From NCBI GenBank assembly GCA_035084275.1, contig CM068744.1, positions 4,774,001-4,838,000 of the forward strand: 64,000 nt of DNA, in the 5' to 3' direction. How positions within the stretch are numbered: the first letter of the stretch is position 1; each line of letters opens with the position of its first letter. The DNA is from Hydrolagus colliei (taxonomy: Eukaryota). Below are positions 25,715-39,400 of this stretch, piece by piece. Under the pieces are notes generated by a model. It was not told the DNA's origin, did no database searches, and saw nothing but the letters and a program-made list of their open reading frames with translations. The position numbers and the translations under genes were made by a program.

Positions 25715-26040
25715 TTTATAGAATCATAGAATTTTACGGCACAAAAGGAGGCCGTTCTGCCCAACTAGTCTGTGCTGGCAATATGGCAGAGAAGCTTGCT
25801 CGTTTCTCCTTGAATGTATGGGGTTTAGGTTGCCAATAGATCAAAAGAAGAAGTTAGGATTTTTTTTCCCGATAAAACACTTTGAATCTCTACAAAGATT
25901 GAGGAGGACAGGTTTGCAGAGCTATGGGGAGAGAGTGGGGGACACTTGATTAGGATTAGGACAGCTCTTTTCAAAGAGCTGGCACAGACACGATGGGCCA
26001 AATGGCCTCCTTCTGTGCCGTATAAATCTAGGATTCTATT
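25715..26040. mobile_element. CR1-type LINE 3' ends (minus tail about 25715-25780; plus about 25850-26040)
   Basis: GATGGGCCAAATGGCCTCCTTCTGTGCCGTA...ATTCTAT tail typical of CR1 3' UTRs. A similar copy lies at about 40590-40725. Confidence 0.7.
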
Positions 26041-26658
26041 AATCAAATTAACTCACAGCTGGCCCCCAAAAATGCAGCTGGCCGTTTGTAGACTTGACAC
26101 ACAAATGATAGGATGTGAGGCAGCAATTCCTCACGCAGAGGGGATGCCTTGCTATTGGTGGCTGATCAGATGCAGAGTTGAGGCTGAGTACTTGCCCACA
26201 GCTAGAGAGGAAATGAAGTAAAGCTGACACGCTGAATCGCCCTCAGGCCTGCACTCCAGCACTTCAACGCAGAGTAACACAGGCAGTTCTGGGAGCAGAA
26301 AGTGGTTTATAACTTTGTGAAGACCTAAGGGCGGAGAACTTCCATGTTTTAAAAAGAAATAAGGACTGTGTTAGAGGCAGCTCTATTAAACATTTTGAAC
26401 TTGCAGGCTCTGACTTGTCAGAAACACAAATGAAACCAGTTCGCAATTTATCTTACCCTCCCTCCCCCACTCTTTTCCGTTTTGCTAATGTCCTGCACAA
26501 TGGGGTTTGACCTTTTGCCTCGATTCATCACTAACAAAAACAACTCTCTCTTTCAAATAAAAGGCAAGGCAAGCACTTTTTACTGAACTGCAGAAGTTCT
26601 CTTTTTTTTCACAGAATGTAATAACGTGTACAAGTTTGCTGACTTTTTAAAAACGTAC

Positions 26659-26802
26659 TTGCGTTGAGTCGTTCTGACCTCTGGGAGGGTTTCCTAGTCA
26701 GTGCTGGCAGGATGGGCTCCATTTTACCTGAAGAGGAGGATGTGCTTGATGTTGAATTCTGAGGACTTGCTGAACGTCCATCTGATTGTTTCGCTTCCCA
26801 GC
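26659..26802 (-). CDS. ASXL2: ASXL2 internal exon
   Basis: ccacag|GC TGG ... GCA A|gtacgt. Encodes WEAKQSDGRSASPQNSTSS...RKPSQRSERLNA. 144 nt, phase 1 to 1. Confidence 0.93.
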
Positions 26803-26859
26803 CTGTGGAGACAACACTCCCATTACTATCAAGACCCTCCAATTAGTCCTCCAAAAACT

Positions 26860-27030
26860 AAACAAATAATAATTTGGTCATTGAATCCTTGACTGTTGGT
26901 GGGACACTGCTATGCGCAATTCACCCCAAAATCATACAGTCAATCTACTTTTAGTTTCTTCTGTGAAGTGCTTTGAGGTGCCTTGAAGACGTGAGAAGGC
27001 GCTATATCAAATGCAAGGATTATTATCATT
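26860..27030 (+). mobile_element. SINE, 5'-truncated
   Basis: Core plus GCGCTATATCAAATGCAAGGATTATT tail. Confidence 0.8.
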
Positions 27031-27224
27031 ACTAAAACTTGGCGATTTGCCCAAGTCAAAGGAGAAGATGGGTGGAGCTCACAAACTGATTTTAAACATG
27101 CAGGAATAATTATCTTTCCATCAGAGTTTAATTTTGTGGCTGGAGAAAACTTCACCTGGTCCCTCAGCCAGAAGCTCTCCTTTCAGTCAAGCAGACCATG
27201 GATTGCGAAATTCTAAACCATTTA

Positions 27225-27447
27225 CAGTAAAAACCCGTTTATCCGTGACCCGATCAACCATAACTTCCGTATAACCGGCACCTCAAAAGAAAAGGTCCGC
27301 ATTCGAGCTAAACCAGAATTTATCCGGAAAAATTTATTAAAAAAAAATAATAATTTTTTTGGGGGGTGTTTTCAGCCAAATATCTGGCACTCGCTTTAAC
27401 CGGCATTGGCCAGATCCCGAGGGTACCATATAAACTGGCTTTTACCG
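27225..27447 (+). mobile_element. Tigger/pogo-type MITE
   Basis: TA-CAGTAAAAACCCGTTTATCCG ... TAAACTGGCTTTTACCG-TA. Confidence 0.88.
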
Positions 27448-27709
27448 TACCTTCCTTCTCAGCTGAAGGTGGCTTTGTGGGCATGAGCACAAAGGACACA
27501 ACTTAACATATGCTGTTCCACTTAATGCTTTGTCTTTACAGCGCATTGGACAGTGATTTGTCACCAAATATACTGGTGAAACAAGGTGTCACACAGACAA
27601 ATCCATTGGAATTGCGTTCCTGAGACCACCTGAGGGGATAACTCAATAACTGATGCAGTAAAAACATGACAGGTGAAAATTGCAATGGACTTACTCCCTA
27701 ATTCTATCT

Positions 27710-28950
27710 ACAACAACAACAAAATTACATTTGTATAGCGCCTTTCATGTCAGGAGGACGTCCCAAGGCGCTGGACTGTCATTGTTTCAGACGCGAGCTG
27801 AGGTTGGGGACGGGGAGGGTGGAGGGAAAGGGGGGGTGATTTGGGGCGACTGATTGAACTGTCGAAGAGGAGGGTCTTGAGGTAGGACTTAAAGGAAGCC
27901 AGGGAGTGGGGCGAGGCGGAGGGACTGTGGGATGGAGTTCCAGAGTTTGGGGTCAGAGTGGCTGGGGGCAGGTGGGTCGGGGATGTGGAGCAGTCCGGTA
28001 CCTGCTGAGCGGAAGGGGCTGGCAGGTTGTTAGGTTGCAGTGGAGGGTGGGCTGGGGGGAGAGGCGGTGTAGGACGATGGAGTGGTGGACAGTGTTGAAG
28101 GCAGTAGAAAGTTCAAGGAGGACAAGGAAGGCAGAGAGAGCCATGATCACAGATGTTTAGAATGCCATTGAGACTTTGAGACTTTGACCAGGGCTGTCTC
28201 TGTGCTATGGGCAGCACAGAAGCCGGATTGCAGGTGTTCAAAGAGGGAATAGCGGAAGAGAAAGCTGGTAAGCCATGACTTGTTTCAAAGCCTTAGAGAG
28301 GAATGGGAAATTGGAGATGGTGCGGTAGCTGGACAGTAGGGATAGGTCCATTGAAGGCTTTTTCAGGATGGGGGGATGACAGCTGTTTTTAGAGGGGTGG
28401 GAGAGTATCAGGTATTCTGCATTAGGAAAGCTGATGACAGGAGGTGGAGCTGGGAGATAATAATAATCCTTCCATTTCACTTAACACTTTTCACGTCTTC
28501 TAGACGTCTCAAAACGTTTCACAGAATATACTGTAAAGTGAATTGACTGTATATTTGTGGGCTAAATTCAGCAGCCAATTAATTGCGCACAGTAGTGTCC
28601 AACAAACATTTGTGGATTGAAATGAACAATTTATCACAGGTTTTTTTGGACGATTATCAGGCGTGTGGAATAAGGAAATTTGCCCAAGGTTTCGCCTTGC
28701 CTGGATTTGAAGACAGGTCTCACACTTGTAGGGCGAACGCTCTAACCACTGAGCTATAGGACTCAACGATGAGGAGATGGAGGGAAGGGGTCGAGGCAGC
28801 GGGTGGTGGGTTTAATTTTTCAGATTAGAGCAGGGAGGGCGGTGGGGGGGAAAGCGAGATACATTCAAAGGTGTTCAGTGGGCGGTGGGAAGGGGGGTGA
28901 ATCCTTGGGTAAAGGTAATGGGGAGATAGTGGTGGACGGGATAGAGGTGG
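27710..28950 (-). mobile_element. Degenerate L2 LINE (3' tail plus RT remnants) interrupted by a SINE
   Basis: (TTG)n tail after GAAAGGCGCTATACAAATG. RT-like peptides LVLLELSTAFNTVHH and PILKKPSMD...YRTISNFPFLSKALK. Confidence 0.8.
28457..28764 (-). mobile_element. Full-length SINE nested in L2
   Basis: tRNA head to (TTA)n tail, with L2 sequence on both sides. Confidence 0.88.
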
Positions 28951-29459
28951 CTGAATGATCCCCTAGATTTTTGATAGAATATTTTTGATATGTGTATAGA
29001 GGTTAAATAAAATGGAGGAAGTATAATGAGATTAAATATATTGAGATTAAAACGTAAAAGAGATTTAGAAATTCTGTAAATGCCCCCGAATAGGTTTTTT
29101 CCCCCATATGCTAGTCCTGATTAAAAGTGAGATGAAGTAGACAGGAAAAAAGCAGTTATACTGCCTGGAGCAAAGTGGAGTCGACTGGCTGCATTTCCAT
29201 AACATTAGCGAACATGGAATATAAGTAATTGTTTTTCCATGGCACCAATTTCCTCCATTTTATTTAACCTATTTGAAGAGCTAGATTTCTCATTTGGGTA
29301 CAGGGTAAGGCGAATCACAGGCTGGGGGAAACAAGAGAAGACACCTTAGTAGATTTTGGCGAGAATTCAAATTTTATTCTGGATGAAATCCGGGTGGGGT
29401 GGAGCCATTTTTCCAAATTCAAAGCAGCACTACCACTACCACCTCCACCACCACCACAG

Positions 29460-29830
29460 TGTGGGAGCAGAGAGGCTGAAAGCCCGGCCGCCGATGGTTG
29501 GGTGGTTAGGGCAGTGGTCGCGGAGCAGGCCTGAGTCTGCTGAGCGGAGGGCGCGGGCAGGCTGATAGGGAGACAGCGGGTCAGAGAGATAGACGGGGGC
29601 AAGGCCGTGAATGGCCTTGAAAGTGAGGACAAGGATCTTGAATTCGATCCCCTAGGTGATGGGGAGCCAGTGGAGACGGGCGAGGGTGGGAGTGATGTGG
29701 TCGTGAAGCCCGGTACGGGAGAGTACACAAGCTGCAGAGTTCTGAATGATCTGCAGCCTGTGAAGGGAGGAGCTGGGGAGGCCGACAAGAAGAGAGTTCC
29801 CATAGTCGAGTCTGGAAGTGATAAAGACGT
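29460..29830 (-). mobile_element. L2 LINE ORF2 C-terminal fragment
   Basis: Reverse strand resembles the L2 ORF2 end (LQ..QNSAA, LHWLPIT.RIEFKIL, TIGGRAFS), with frameshifts. Confidence 0.8.
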
Positions 29831-32800
29831 GGATGCCAACCAGAACCTGGAATACAATGGGTCCTCTGAAAGCCTAGATAAGGTGCTACAATCCAGCAAC
29901 GTTGCCAGAGGGAAGGGCTATTCAATATGGAGAAGAGCCATTGATCCCTTCAGAACATCCTGTTCTTTTCAGATAATAAATAATAGTCCATCCATTTGAT
30001 ATAGTGCCTCATCACATCTTCAGGGCGTCTCGAGTGCTTAACTGAAAATACTGTACATCGTAGTGTGAACCTCACAAAGCTGTTGTTCTTTTAAGATTGC
30101 ACGCTGCTTGCGGGCAGGCACATACATGTGCTAGGAGCAATCCGGGTGGGAAAGAATCACAACTGTTATGCTCCCACCTCCCCCCCACACAACTACTTCA
30201 GTTTTACAAGCTCAATCTCTCATCAGCAATCCAAACTATTCACTTCAATTCATTTAAACCACAATTCCCATTGGAGCTTCAATCCTCAATTCAATGAAAG
30301 TGAGATTTTCCTGCATTGTTCAGCCAAATACAACAGTGACGCCCTTTGAATGTGATATGGTCAGTGCTTTTTTTTTGTTGCAAATAATAATGGTGCAGGA
30401 CATTTACAATGCCTCACGTCACAAATTTATTATGCAGTTAAAACTGATTTTCCATTGCAAAACACTTTATAGCTTTGTTGTAGTAGTTACTTCATTGCTG
30501 CTTTACTGAAATACTAGTTTGCAGCACACACTTAAAATTAATTGTTCGAAACAAGGCATTGAAAATTCACCATGAATATTTCACCTAAAAATAATACAGT
30601 GGCTCATTTTGTTCCATTCCTTTTTCAGATTCCTCCCTCATTTGAGACAAAGGCTTGGATCCAGGCGGCCTCTCCTCAGACATTTTTCCTGCTAACTTCT
30701 CTCTCACTCTGGGGAAGGAACTGAGCTCTATTTAACACCCTCCCTTCCCCTAACACACACACACCCACATCTTTGGCACAGTCAGTGCTGGGACTTAGCT
30801 GGTTGTGAAACTGTTAAACGCACATTCTGTGCTGGGAGCTTCAGCACACAAGAGGCCTTAAAGGGCTGTGCTTTTCTATCAGAATTCCATCTGTTGGAAT
30901 CCTGTACACATTCCATGTCAATCAGATTGATGCTGGAATTGTATTGGGATATAAACACTCTCCTAATTTTCAATTACATAAACATTAAACATGTTGTTAT
31001 TTGATCAAAGCTAACAATACAATTGTTAGCTTTGCGGTTCAGTGAGTCTTTTTTTAACACAATCTTAATTCTCCAGCATATCCATAATGAACTCTAAGTA
31101 AGATGTACACATCTATTACTTTCACCTTTACCAGGCTATACTAGCTCCCAAGATCTTACTCTCAACATTCAAATCCCTCCATGATCTTGCCACTCCCTCA
31201 TAAGAACATATGAATGCTGGGCGAAACGAGACCAAGGGCCACCCAGTTTGCCTTCCACCATCCTGGCAGTCGCATGATATATCGTGTCGTGTCCCAAACT
31301 ATATATTATATCCAGAGATATTATTCCCTAACAGAAATTTCCCTGCAATCTCTTCCAACTCTATTCTTCTGCCCTTGTCTTCCGCTCTTCAGACTCTGGT
31401 CCACTGTCATCTCACTACTCATGTGGGGGTGCAAACACTCTGCACCCCCCCGCTCTCTGGAACCCTCTCCAAATTGACTTCATTCATCTGTGAAGACCAA
31501 ATAATTTTATCCCACATGACAGCCACTATACAAGTGCACACTGTACTTTCTGTACAATGTTTGGTTTCGATTTCATTACTTTTCTGAAGGGCAACCTATT
31601 ACTTTGAGGTTCCTCCGTTGGTACTGTTCAATTCAACCTGACATTAACCTGACATTGAAAGAAACTGCTTGAAAACGCTGGGAAAATAACCAACATGATA
31701 ACAAGCTCCAAAAGAGTTAATGATAGCTTATGGGCATTTAAACAATTGTGCTCAGATATTCTGCAGGAGGCTCTCAGATTCCCTCGAACCATCTAACAGG
31801 TTGGAAGCAGCACTACCAACCATAACCTGACATACAATGGGTCCTCTGACAGCCTAGATAAGGTGCTACAATCCAGCAATGTTGCCAAAGAGAAGTGCTA
31901 TCCAATATGGAGCAGAGTCATTGATTCCTTCAGAATACCGTGTACTTCTCTGATAACAAATAATAGTTCATCCATTTGATATAGCGCCTCATCGCGTCTT
32001 CGAGACATCTCAACTGATACACAGAAAATACTGTCAATTGAATTGATTGTATTTTGTGGGTGAAACGCCACAACCAATTGCACACAGTAGTGTTCCACAA
32101 ACAGACGTGCACCAAATTATCATTGTTTGTTTAAAGGGATTATTACGTGATATAGCGCCTTATCAGGTCATTCAGACGTCTCAAAGTGGCATACTTCACA
32201 GTATGTAGAAGGAGGCTTGAGTAACTGATACTCCTGTCTGGATGCCATGCTAAACCACCAACTACATCTCCAAATCCTGACCAGCCCCGTTAAATCTACT
32301 GCATAGTAGCTCTGAACAGTAAAACTTATTTACAGGGTCAATAAACCTTTATTACCCATCTGACCACATTACAGGCTCTCTTCAAAACAAAATGGTTTGG
32401 CTATATCCATTAGTGAAAAATATAGAAAGACAAGTATTAATAGATAGGTGGAATCTACAGGCATAAATATAATTTACCGAGCATATGAAAGTCTCTTAAG
32501 GATATTAAACTTGAAAAGACTTGCAAAGATACTAAATTAGTGGCAAATTAACCTCAAAGAATAAATAATGCTATTAAAACTATCAAAGCCCATATTTTGT
32601 AGTAATAATAAAACATATCCAAGTTTGGCATTTGTGGGAGTTTATAATCTTTCCAAGCTTCTGGTTTTGCACACCATCAATATATCAGAGAAGGTTACCT
32701 CTTTCTCCTTGAATCTGCCAATTAGGCAGAGAAATATGCCATAGATTCCTGTGCCTGGGAAGTCTTTCTGAGTATAATTTATTGTTTTTGTTGTTGTTGC

Positions 32801-33110
32801 ATGGAGTCCTCCCCCCTGCAACCTGCTGCTGCCCTTGGCAGTATTGAAAGAGGCCATATGTCCCTGGAATTAGTGGAAAGTGCCATTGTTTTGAGCAATT
32901 TCACAGGTGTTATTGTGGGAAAGACATTGGTTTGAAGAATTTTGCACACTTTGACTGGGTGGAGAGCATCTTTACATCTACCACCTCTCCCTCTCACAGG
33001 TCAAAACGGCTTTTTATTCCCAGGCCACACATCTTTTGTTGGAAATGTAACCCCCAAATGCTGTTCTCCACCACTCATCATCTCCTCCGCACATTCCCTC
33101 AAGCACTCGT

Positions 33111-33452
33111 ATAATAATAATAATAATCCTTGCATTTGATATAGCACTTTTCACATCTTATCGACGTCCTAAAGCTCTTCACAGATTATACTGTAAAGTG
33201 AATTGACTGTATATTTGTGGGCGAAACGCGGCAGCCAATTGCGCACAGCGGTGTCCCACAAACAGTTGCGAATTGAAAAGACCAATTTTTATTATTGTGG
33301 TTTTTTAAGGGATGGATTATTATTTGGCATAATTACTTATTATGTGGAGTAAGGAAACTTGCTCCAGGTTTCGGCCTGATCTGCCTGGATTCGAACACAC
33401 GTCTCACACTTGCAAGGCGAATACTCTAACCACTGAGCTGCAGGAGCTCCAC
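33111..33452 (-). mobile_element. Full-length SINE
   Basis: A and B boxes, core, (TTA)n tail. Confidence 0.92.
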
Positions 33453-33479
33453 GCTGTAGCTCCATATAACTAATGCCAA

Positions 33480-34470
33480 GTATGAAGAGGTTCTGAACTT
33501 CTTTGTCTCAAAGCTAGAAAGCATCCTCCACTCCATGTCACCTGGAACCTCTCCCCCAACACCTTCTATTTCTCCCAATCGTTGCACCACAGCTCCTACC
33601 ATGGCCCCGCCCTACATTCCTTTGTTTCCTTTTGCCTTCCTCCCTCTCAACCATTATCACCAACATAAAGCCCACCACCTGATCCCCTTCCCCATCTAGC
33701 TGCTGATCACTCAACTCCAACCGTAGTCAATTAGACCTTCTCCTAAAGCTCCACCCCAGATTCCCACAAAAATCACTGTCATTTCTCCCGCCCTCAAAAA
33801 AAAATACCCTCGATCTCTCTAACATTGCAAATTACCAGCCCATTTCTAACTTGTCTTTGCTTGATAAAATTCTCGAATGTGTTGTTGGAAATCAATTTTG
33901 TTCACAGCACTCCTCACTCAAGCCTCTCCATTCCGGTTTCCACCCTGTCCACAGCACAGAAACAGCACTTGTCAAAATCACAAAGGACGTCCTCTCTCTC
34001 TGCGAACAGGGCTGCCTCTACTTTCTTGTCCTCTCTGCTGTATTCGACACAGTTGAACATGCCATCTTCCTCCACCTCCACTCTGCCCTCATCCACCTCA
34101 CTTGTCTAGTTCAAATCCTATTTAACCAATGGGCATCACCTTGTCTCCCCAAATTACTTTCCTCCCACATCTGCCTGGTTACCTACGACATGGCTCAAGG
34201 CTTCATCATTTATCACCAGTAGGAGAGGTTGAGGAGGTCAGAACCACAGGAGAGAAGACAATGATGCAAGCCAAAAACTATGGCTTCCATCTTGTCGACA
34301 TTCAACTTCAGGAAGTTTTCACTCATCCAAGCTTTGATGTCTGTCAAACAAGCTGACAGAACATGAGTGGACCTGGAGTTGCGGCTGGAAGAGGAGATTT
34401 GGTCGTCATCCAAAAATACATGTGGAAGTTGACCATGTTTCTAGGGCTGACATCACCAGAGGGATCATGT
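33480..34470. mobile_element. L2 RT remnants (plus about 33480-34130; minus about 34260-34470)
   Basis: SGFHPVHSTETALVKIT and VLSAVFDTVEH on plus; DDDQI...CLTDIKAWMSENFLKLNVDK on minus. Confidence 0.82.
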
Positions 34471-36337
34471 AAATAATCAAGCATCAAGTTGCTTTAATTT
34501 TAGATGGGGATGCATTATTTTATTCTCCAATTACTGTAATTAACTTTACAAACGGTAAGATGGAATTTTGTGCAACCTAAGCTCCTTGTCCTCTGGGCTC
34601 ATGGGCTTTGCTGGTTCATTGCAGTAAAACCTCCAACATGGGCTCTCACCCAAATAACTTCACAGTTGGAAATTTAGATTTTGCTCTTTATTCTGCTCTT
34701 CACAGAGAAATAATTTTTTGATAGGATTGCTTTCCATTTCTGCCAATTGATTGGAGCCAGAACACTAGCACTCAAGAGTCAGACATCTTAGAAAGTTTAC
34801 AGCTAAGAAGGAGAAGATTCAGGCCATTATTTATGTGCTTGTGTTACCTCTCAACCCCAAAACAACCTCGCTATTCTGATACCAACGTCTGATCTGTCTC
34901 CATGCCCTTACATATCATTTTTCATCAAATACTATATTTATTCAATTCCTTTTCAAACGCAGTGATGGACTCATCTTTAAAACCCATTTGTGGCAAAATG
35001 TTTTATGATAGCGAGTTTAAGTGGAGAGAAAATATTTAACCTCCCACTTTTCCTTCTATTGATCAATTCTCAGTTTTGTTTTAAAGGCAACAATCAATGG
35101 AAAGTCTCTATTTATCCTATTAAAACATTTTTGAAAGCTCCTCGTACACTTCATGTGAGTACAGTATCCTTTCCATAATAGATGAAATAATTTAATTGCA
35201 TCTTAATCAATGTTTTGCACAAATTTAGCACTACCTTCTTCATATGTAATGCCCTCACACAGGGTGACCAAAAAGTCATGGTAATGAACCTTTTATCTTA
35301 AAAATATATAATCACTTCTATAAGACTTTTAAGACAATGTAAGGTATCACAATGTTTGGTTTCCCTGTATATGAAACCTACAATCCATTTCCATTTTTAT
35401 AGCCATATCCACTTGCACTCCAACCTCTAAAGACCTGCGTATTTTTACTCAGATGAATACATGAATGTACAGCACTGAAAAAGAGCATTGCAATGTATCT
35501 GACTGCTCCTGAAGTTAAAAGAAAATCTACTTCAATTTCCCCTCAATCAAATTCTGTGCTAAAATTCTATGCAATTACCTCTTGAACATACTAACACACT
35601 GTCTCCCTGAGTATTCAATTCCATATTTTCATCACACTCACTCTGTGTAAAATAGCCAAATTGTCTGTTCACCTTCCCTCGTCTGAATGTTGAACAGCTT
35701 CTACATCTCTCCTATATGCCTTTGAAAACATTACTATTGACTGTCTGCAGCCAAGCCTTTCAGGAGCTGGTGACAAACAATCGTTTTCTTAGTTAATTCT
35801 TTAGAAATTCTGATCCTTCCGCCCTTCATCATGACCTTTCATTCTGTTATTGTTAGAAGCATACTCTGCTTGTACTCACCCTTGTCACGAATGCAAAGCT
35901 CTGTAAAACGGAGTTCATCTCGACTTGCTGATATTTATTACCAGTATTATTCTAGGGTATTTCTAACTATACCCTGCTTCATTGATACAGATGGTATTTA
36001 TATCAATCTACACACCACACCATTGTTCAGGCAGAGACTGCACTTGCAACCGTCCCACAGCCTACTCAATTGTTCTGAGATTGCACTTGCATCAATTTCA
36101 CACACTGCTCCATTGTTCAGAGACTATAACGTACGACACGAGTTCAGTTAATGTACTTCATTTTGCTGCATTGCCTCTCTAAAATATACATAAAATATCC
36201 AGTTAAAAAAACCTGACATTTATCTATTTAAAAAATCTTCTACCTTAATTCGAACATTTAAAAAAAACTCATACATAACACACACACACATACTATACAT
36301 AAAAAAAGCTAAGAAAATTCCCTCTTACTGTGCATAC

Positions 36338-36455
36338 CAGTTTTGCAGGCTGTCTGATCTGCAGAGGCCTTTACTGACTTCAGTAACAGTCTGGGGTTTG
36401 AAGACACTGGCAAACCCGTTCGACACTGCTTTCTCTGTTGCTGCTGTTTCAAGGC
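36338..36455 (-). CDS. ASXL2: ASXL2 internal exon
   Basis: ccacag|GCC ... ACT G|gtatgc. Encodes ALKQQQQRKQCRTGLPVSSNPRLLLKSVKASADQTACKT. 118 nt; an alternative in-frame donor would end it at 36329. Confidence 0.92.
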
Positions 36456-39400
36456 CTGTGGGTTGCAAAAGCATTTTCTGTAGTCAAGTGAGAAATGCCT
36501 ATTAATAGGAGCAGGCATATAGAAAAGCCATTTAATCACACCAGCTGATTTGCTTTTTTTCCACTGGGACAGTGAAATACCATAAACGTGACAGATTTAC
36601 AGAAGAGATTCAGCAGACCTCAAGGTTTCCTTAATCATTAAAAAAACAATATGGCCAAGAAAAATACATTGATGGAAAAATGCCAGCGTAAATGGTATTG
36701 TAGTACCATAATAATTGATTTGCAGATAATAAACATTTACATGTTATAGCTTATTAAAAGCTCATATTGTGACCTCTCTATGGAGTTTACATTTTAGCTT
36801 TTTTTAAAAATTATACTCAAACAGCTTCAATTTAATTTTTTTTACTCTACAGGTGACTAATATTAAACGGTAATGTTCAGCAGAGCTGAATGGCAGACAC
36901 GTTATTAGGTTTGCTGTAGACAGAAAGCTCTATTGCTTTGGGGGTTTTAATGCCCTTTACAGAATGCAGCTTTAAAAACAAAATTACTCCTCGAGTGCCC
37001 TGCAATTCACATCATTCCCAAATTACAGTATAACAAAATGCAGCATTTGTTAAGATATGTTCCAGATCAAGAACTCTGTATAATTGAAACTGTAAAATGG
37101 AAATTATGCCTGTGTCAGCAAGTTCACATTTATTAAGCATTCACTGTAGCACACTCTAGCAGCAGGATTTTTATTTTGAAAATTCAGTGAACACGCATAA
37201 ATTTTTCTCTCCACATCTTTGGATTTGGCCTCTGATGGCCGATTCTAATAGTACACAGAGCATTTTGGATTAGTACCAATACAATTTACAGTTATATAGT
37301 GCCTTTCACATCAGGAGGATGTCTCAAAGCACTTGATGCACTGTGCCAAAGTCAAGTGGCTCAGAGATCCTATTACCTGAACAATGTGTCTCTGAAAAAT
37401 TATTTTTGTGGCCTCCCCACCTTGTTCCCAAGCTATTTGCCTTCATGGGCTATTTGAGCGAGATTGCACAATTAGAAGCAACTTGATCACATTTCATTGC
37501 ACGTTTCTGCTATGACCTTCTATCTACTTGATTGCAACACAAATTTGCATGACTCTCAATAGCAGCCAGGACACTGGACTCATTTAAAAAAACAATTTGC
37601 ATGATATTCTCCAAATGAGACTGCTTAAAAAATAGATGCTGTGACGAGAAGGCAACAATGGTAGGTTGGATATTTTGCAAGGATGAGATCAAATGAGCTG
37701 AAGTGCCCTTTTTATCCAAACCAATTTTGTGATCTTGTGCGATCACAAATGAAACACGAAACACTGTACTACTAAGTACCCAGTCAACATGTGCTGCATA
37801 GCACTTATGCTAAAAGGGCAGGGTTTTCAACAAAATATTTTTGTGAACAAAGCAAATAAAGTTAGCAAATACAACACAATACCTAATGGTATCACAGTAT
37901 GTCACTCCTCATTTAGAAATGAAGATACCAAAGATTAAATTCAGGATAGGGCTTTTCTTGCACCAATCAGAATCGCTGCTGAACATTTTACAGCTATGGA
38001 CAACAACAAACTACTACTTCACAATTTTCCTTGTTGTAAAGTTTCTGTCAACTCCTCAATAACAACAATTTGCAGTTATACAGCACCTTACTGCAGGTTA
38101 GCATTTCTTAGTGCTGAATAGCAGTGGGGGGTGGAGGGGTGGGGGGTGGAGGGTAAACAAAGCAAAAGAGAAGGGAGAGGGTAAGGTGACCGAGGTTCTG
38201 TCTTAAAGTGACATTTAAAGATAGAGAGCGAGTTGTAGGGATTGAGTCAGACAGTTCAAGAGGCTACGAGAATAATGGAGGGATCAGGGGATGTGTAGAT
38301 GGTCTGTGCCAGCCGAGTGTAAGGGGCGGGCGACAGCCCAGCAACAAAATTATAATTGTACAGCGCCTTCCACGTCGGGAGGCAATGGAGTGGGGCACAG
38401 ACAGGTCAACAGCAAACAATAACAACTTGTATTTGTGTAGCGCCCTTGACTGTCAAGACAGGTGCTCGTGGTGAAGAGACCACCTGCAACAAGAGCAGCT
38501 GAAACCCTGCCCCGTTGCCACCAATGACTCACATTCAGATGCAATGGTGTTGCCTGAATCCCCAGGTACAGAATTTAAGGGGGAAAACAGGAACTTTTCC
38601 TTGCGTAAAGGATAAAATAATAATTTTGTGTCGATATTGGTACTGGTCAGCTAAACATCTTCCGCTCCTGTATATTCCTGTTATGTTACTCTTTGAGCAG
38701 ATTATAGTAATAATAGTAATACTTGCATTTTGATATAGCGCTTATCGACATCTCAAAGTGCGTCACAGAATATACTGTAAAGTGTATATTTGTGGGCGAA
38801 AAGCACTGCAGGTGAGACCAGCCTGAGATTCCGTTTAATAATAATAATCCTTGTATTTGATAGTTTAGTTTAAAGGATGGACAGGAAAGACAGTGACCAT
38901 TAAGTCTAGACAACAATGTGCAGAATATTAAAAGCACCTCTTGTCTTCTAGCAATCCCCCATTAGAATTATATTAAAAACAAAGCAACTGTGTTTGAATA
39001 TGCTCTGCCCATTGTGTAAAATCTATACACAAACATGAATGGTGAATTTGTGAAACATGCAATTCAAAGAAACAATGAGTTATCTGTTTTTAGTACTCAG
39101 ATACATTGTTCAGATACATTGTTCATTCCCTCGTATATCCTCTTTTTATATATGCGTAGGGAAGTGGCAGTAAACCAATAACTACCAACACAAGTGTCTC
39201 TCCAAGGGCAAGTTTCAGTGAACACATGAGAACCTTTTCACAGCTTTTCACTTTGTTGACTTTGATTACGTTATTGAACTGAAATGCAATAGGAGATCGG
39301 CTGAAGTACCATCACACATGAGAAAGCGAATTCACTCTGCCTGCCAAATCAAGCTCACTGATCTTCTAAGCATGTAAGATAGGAGAGAATATGTCCAACA

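Noticed and set aside
29315-29999. 194-aa and 130-aa ORFs
   Set aside because: Off-frame or antisense readings of a decayed L2 fragment.
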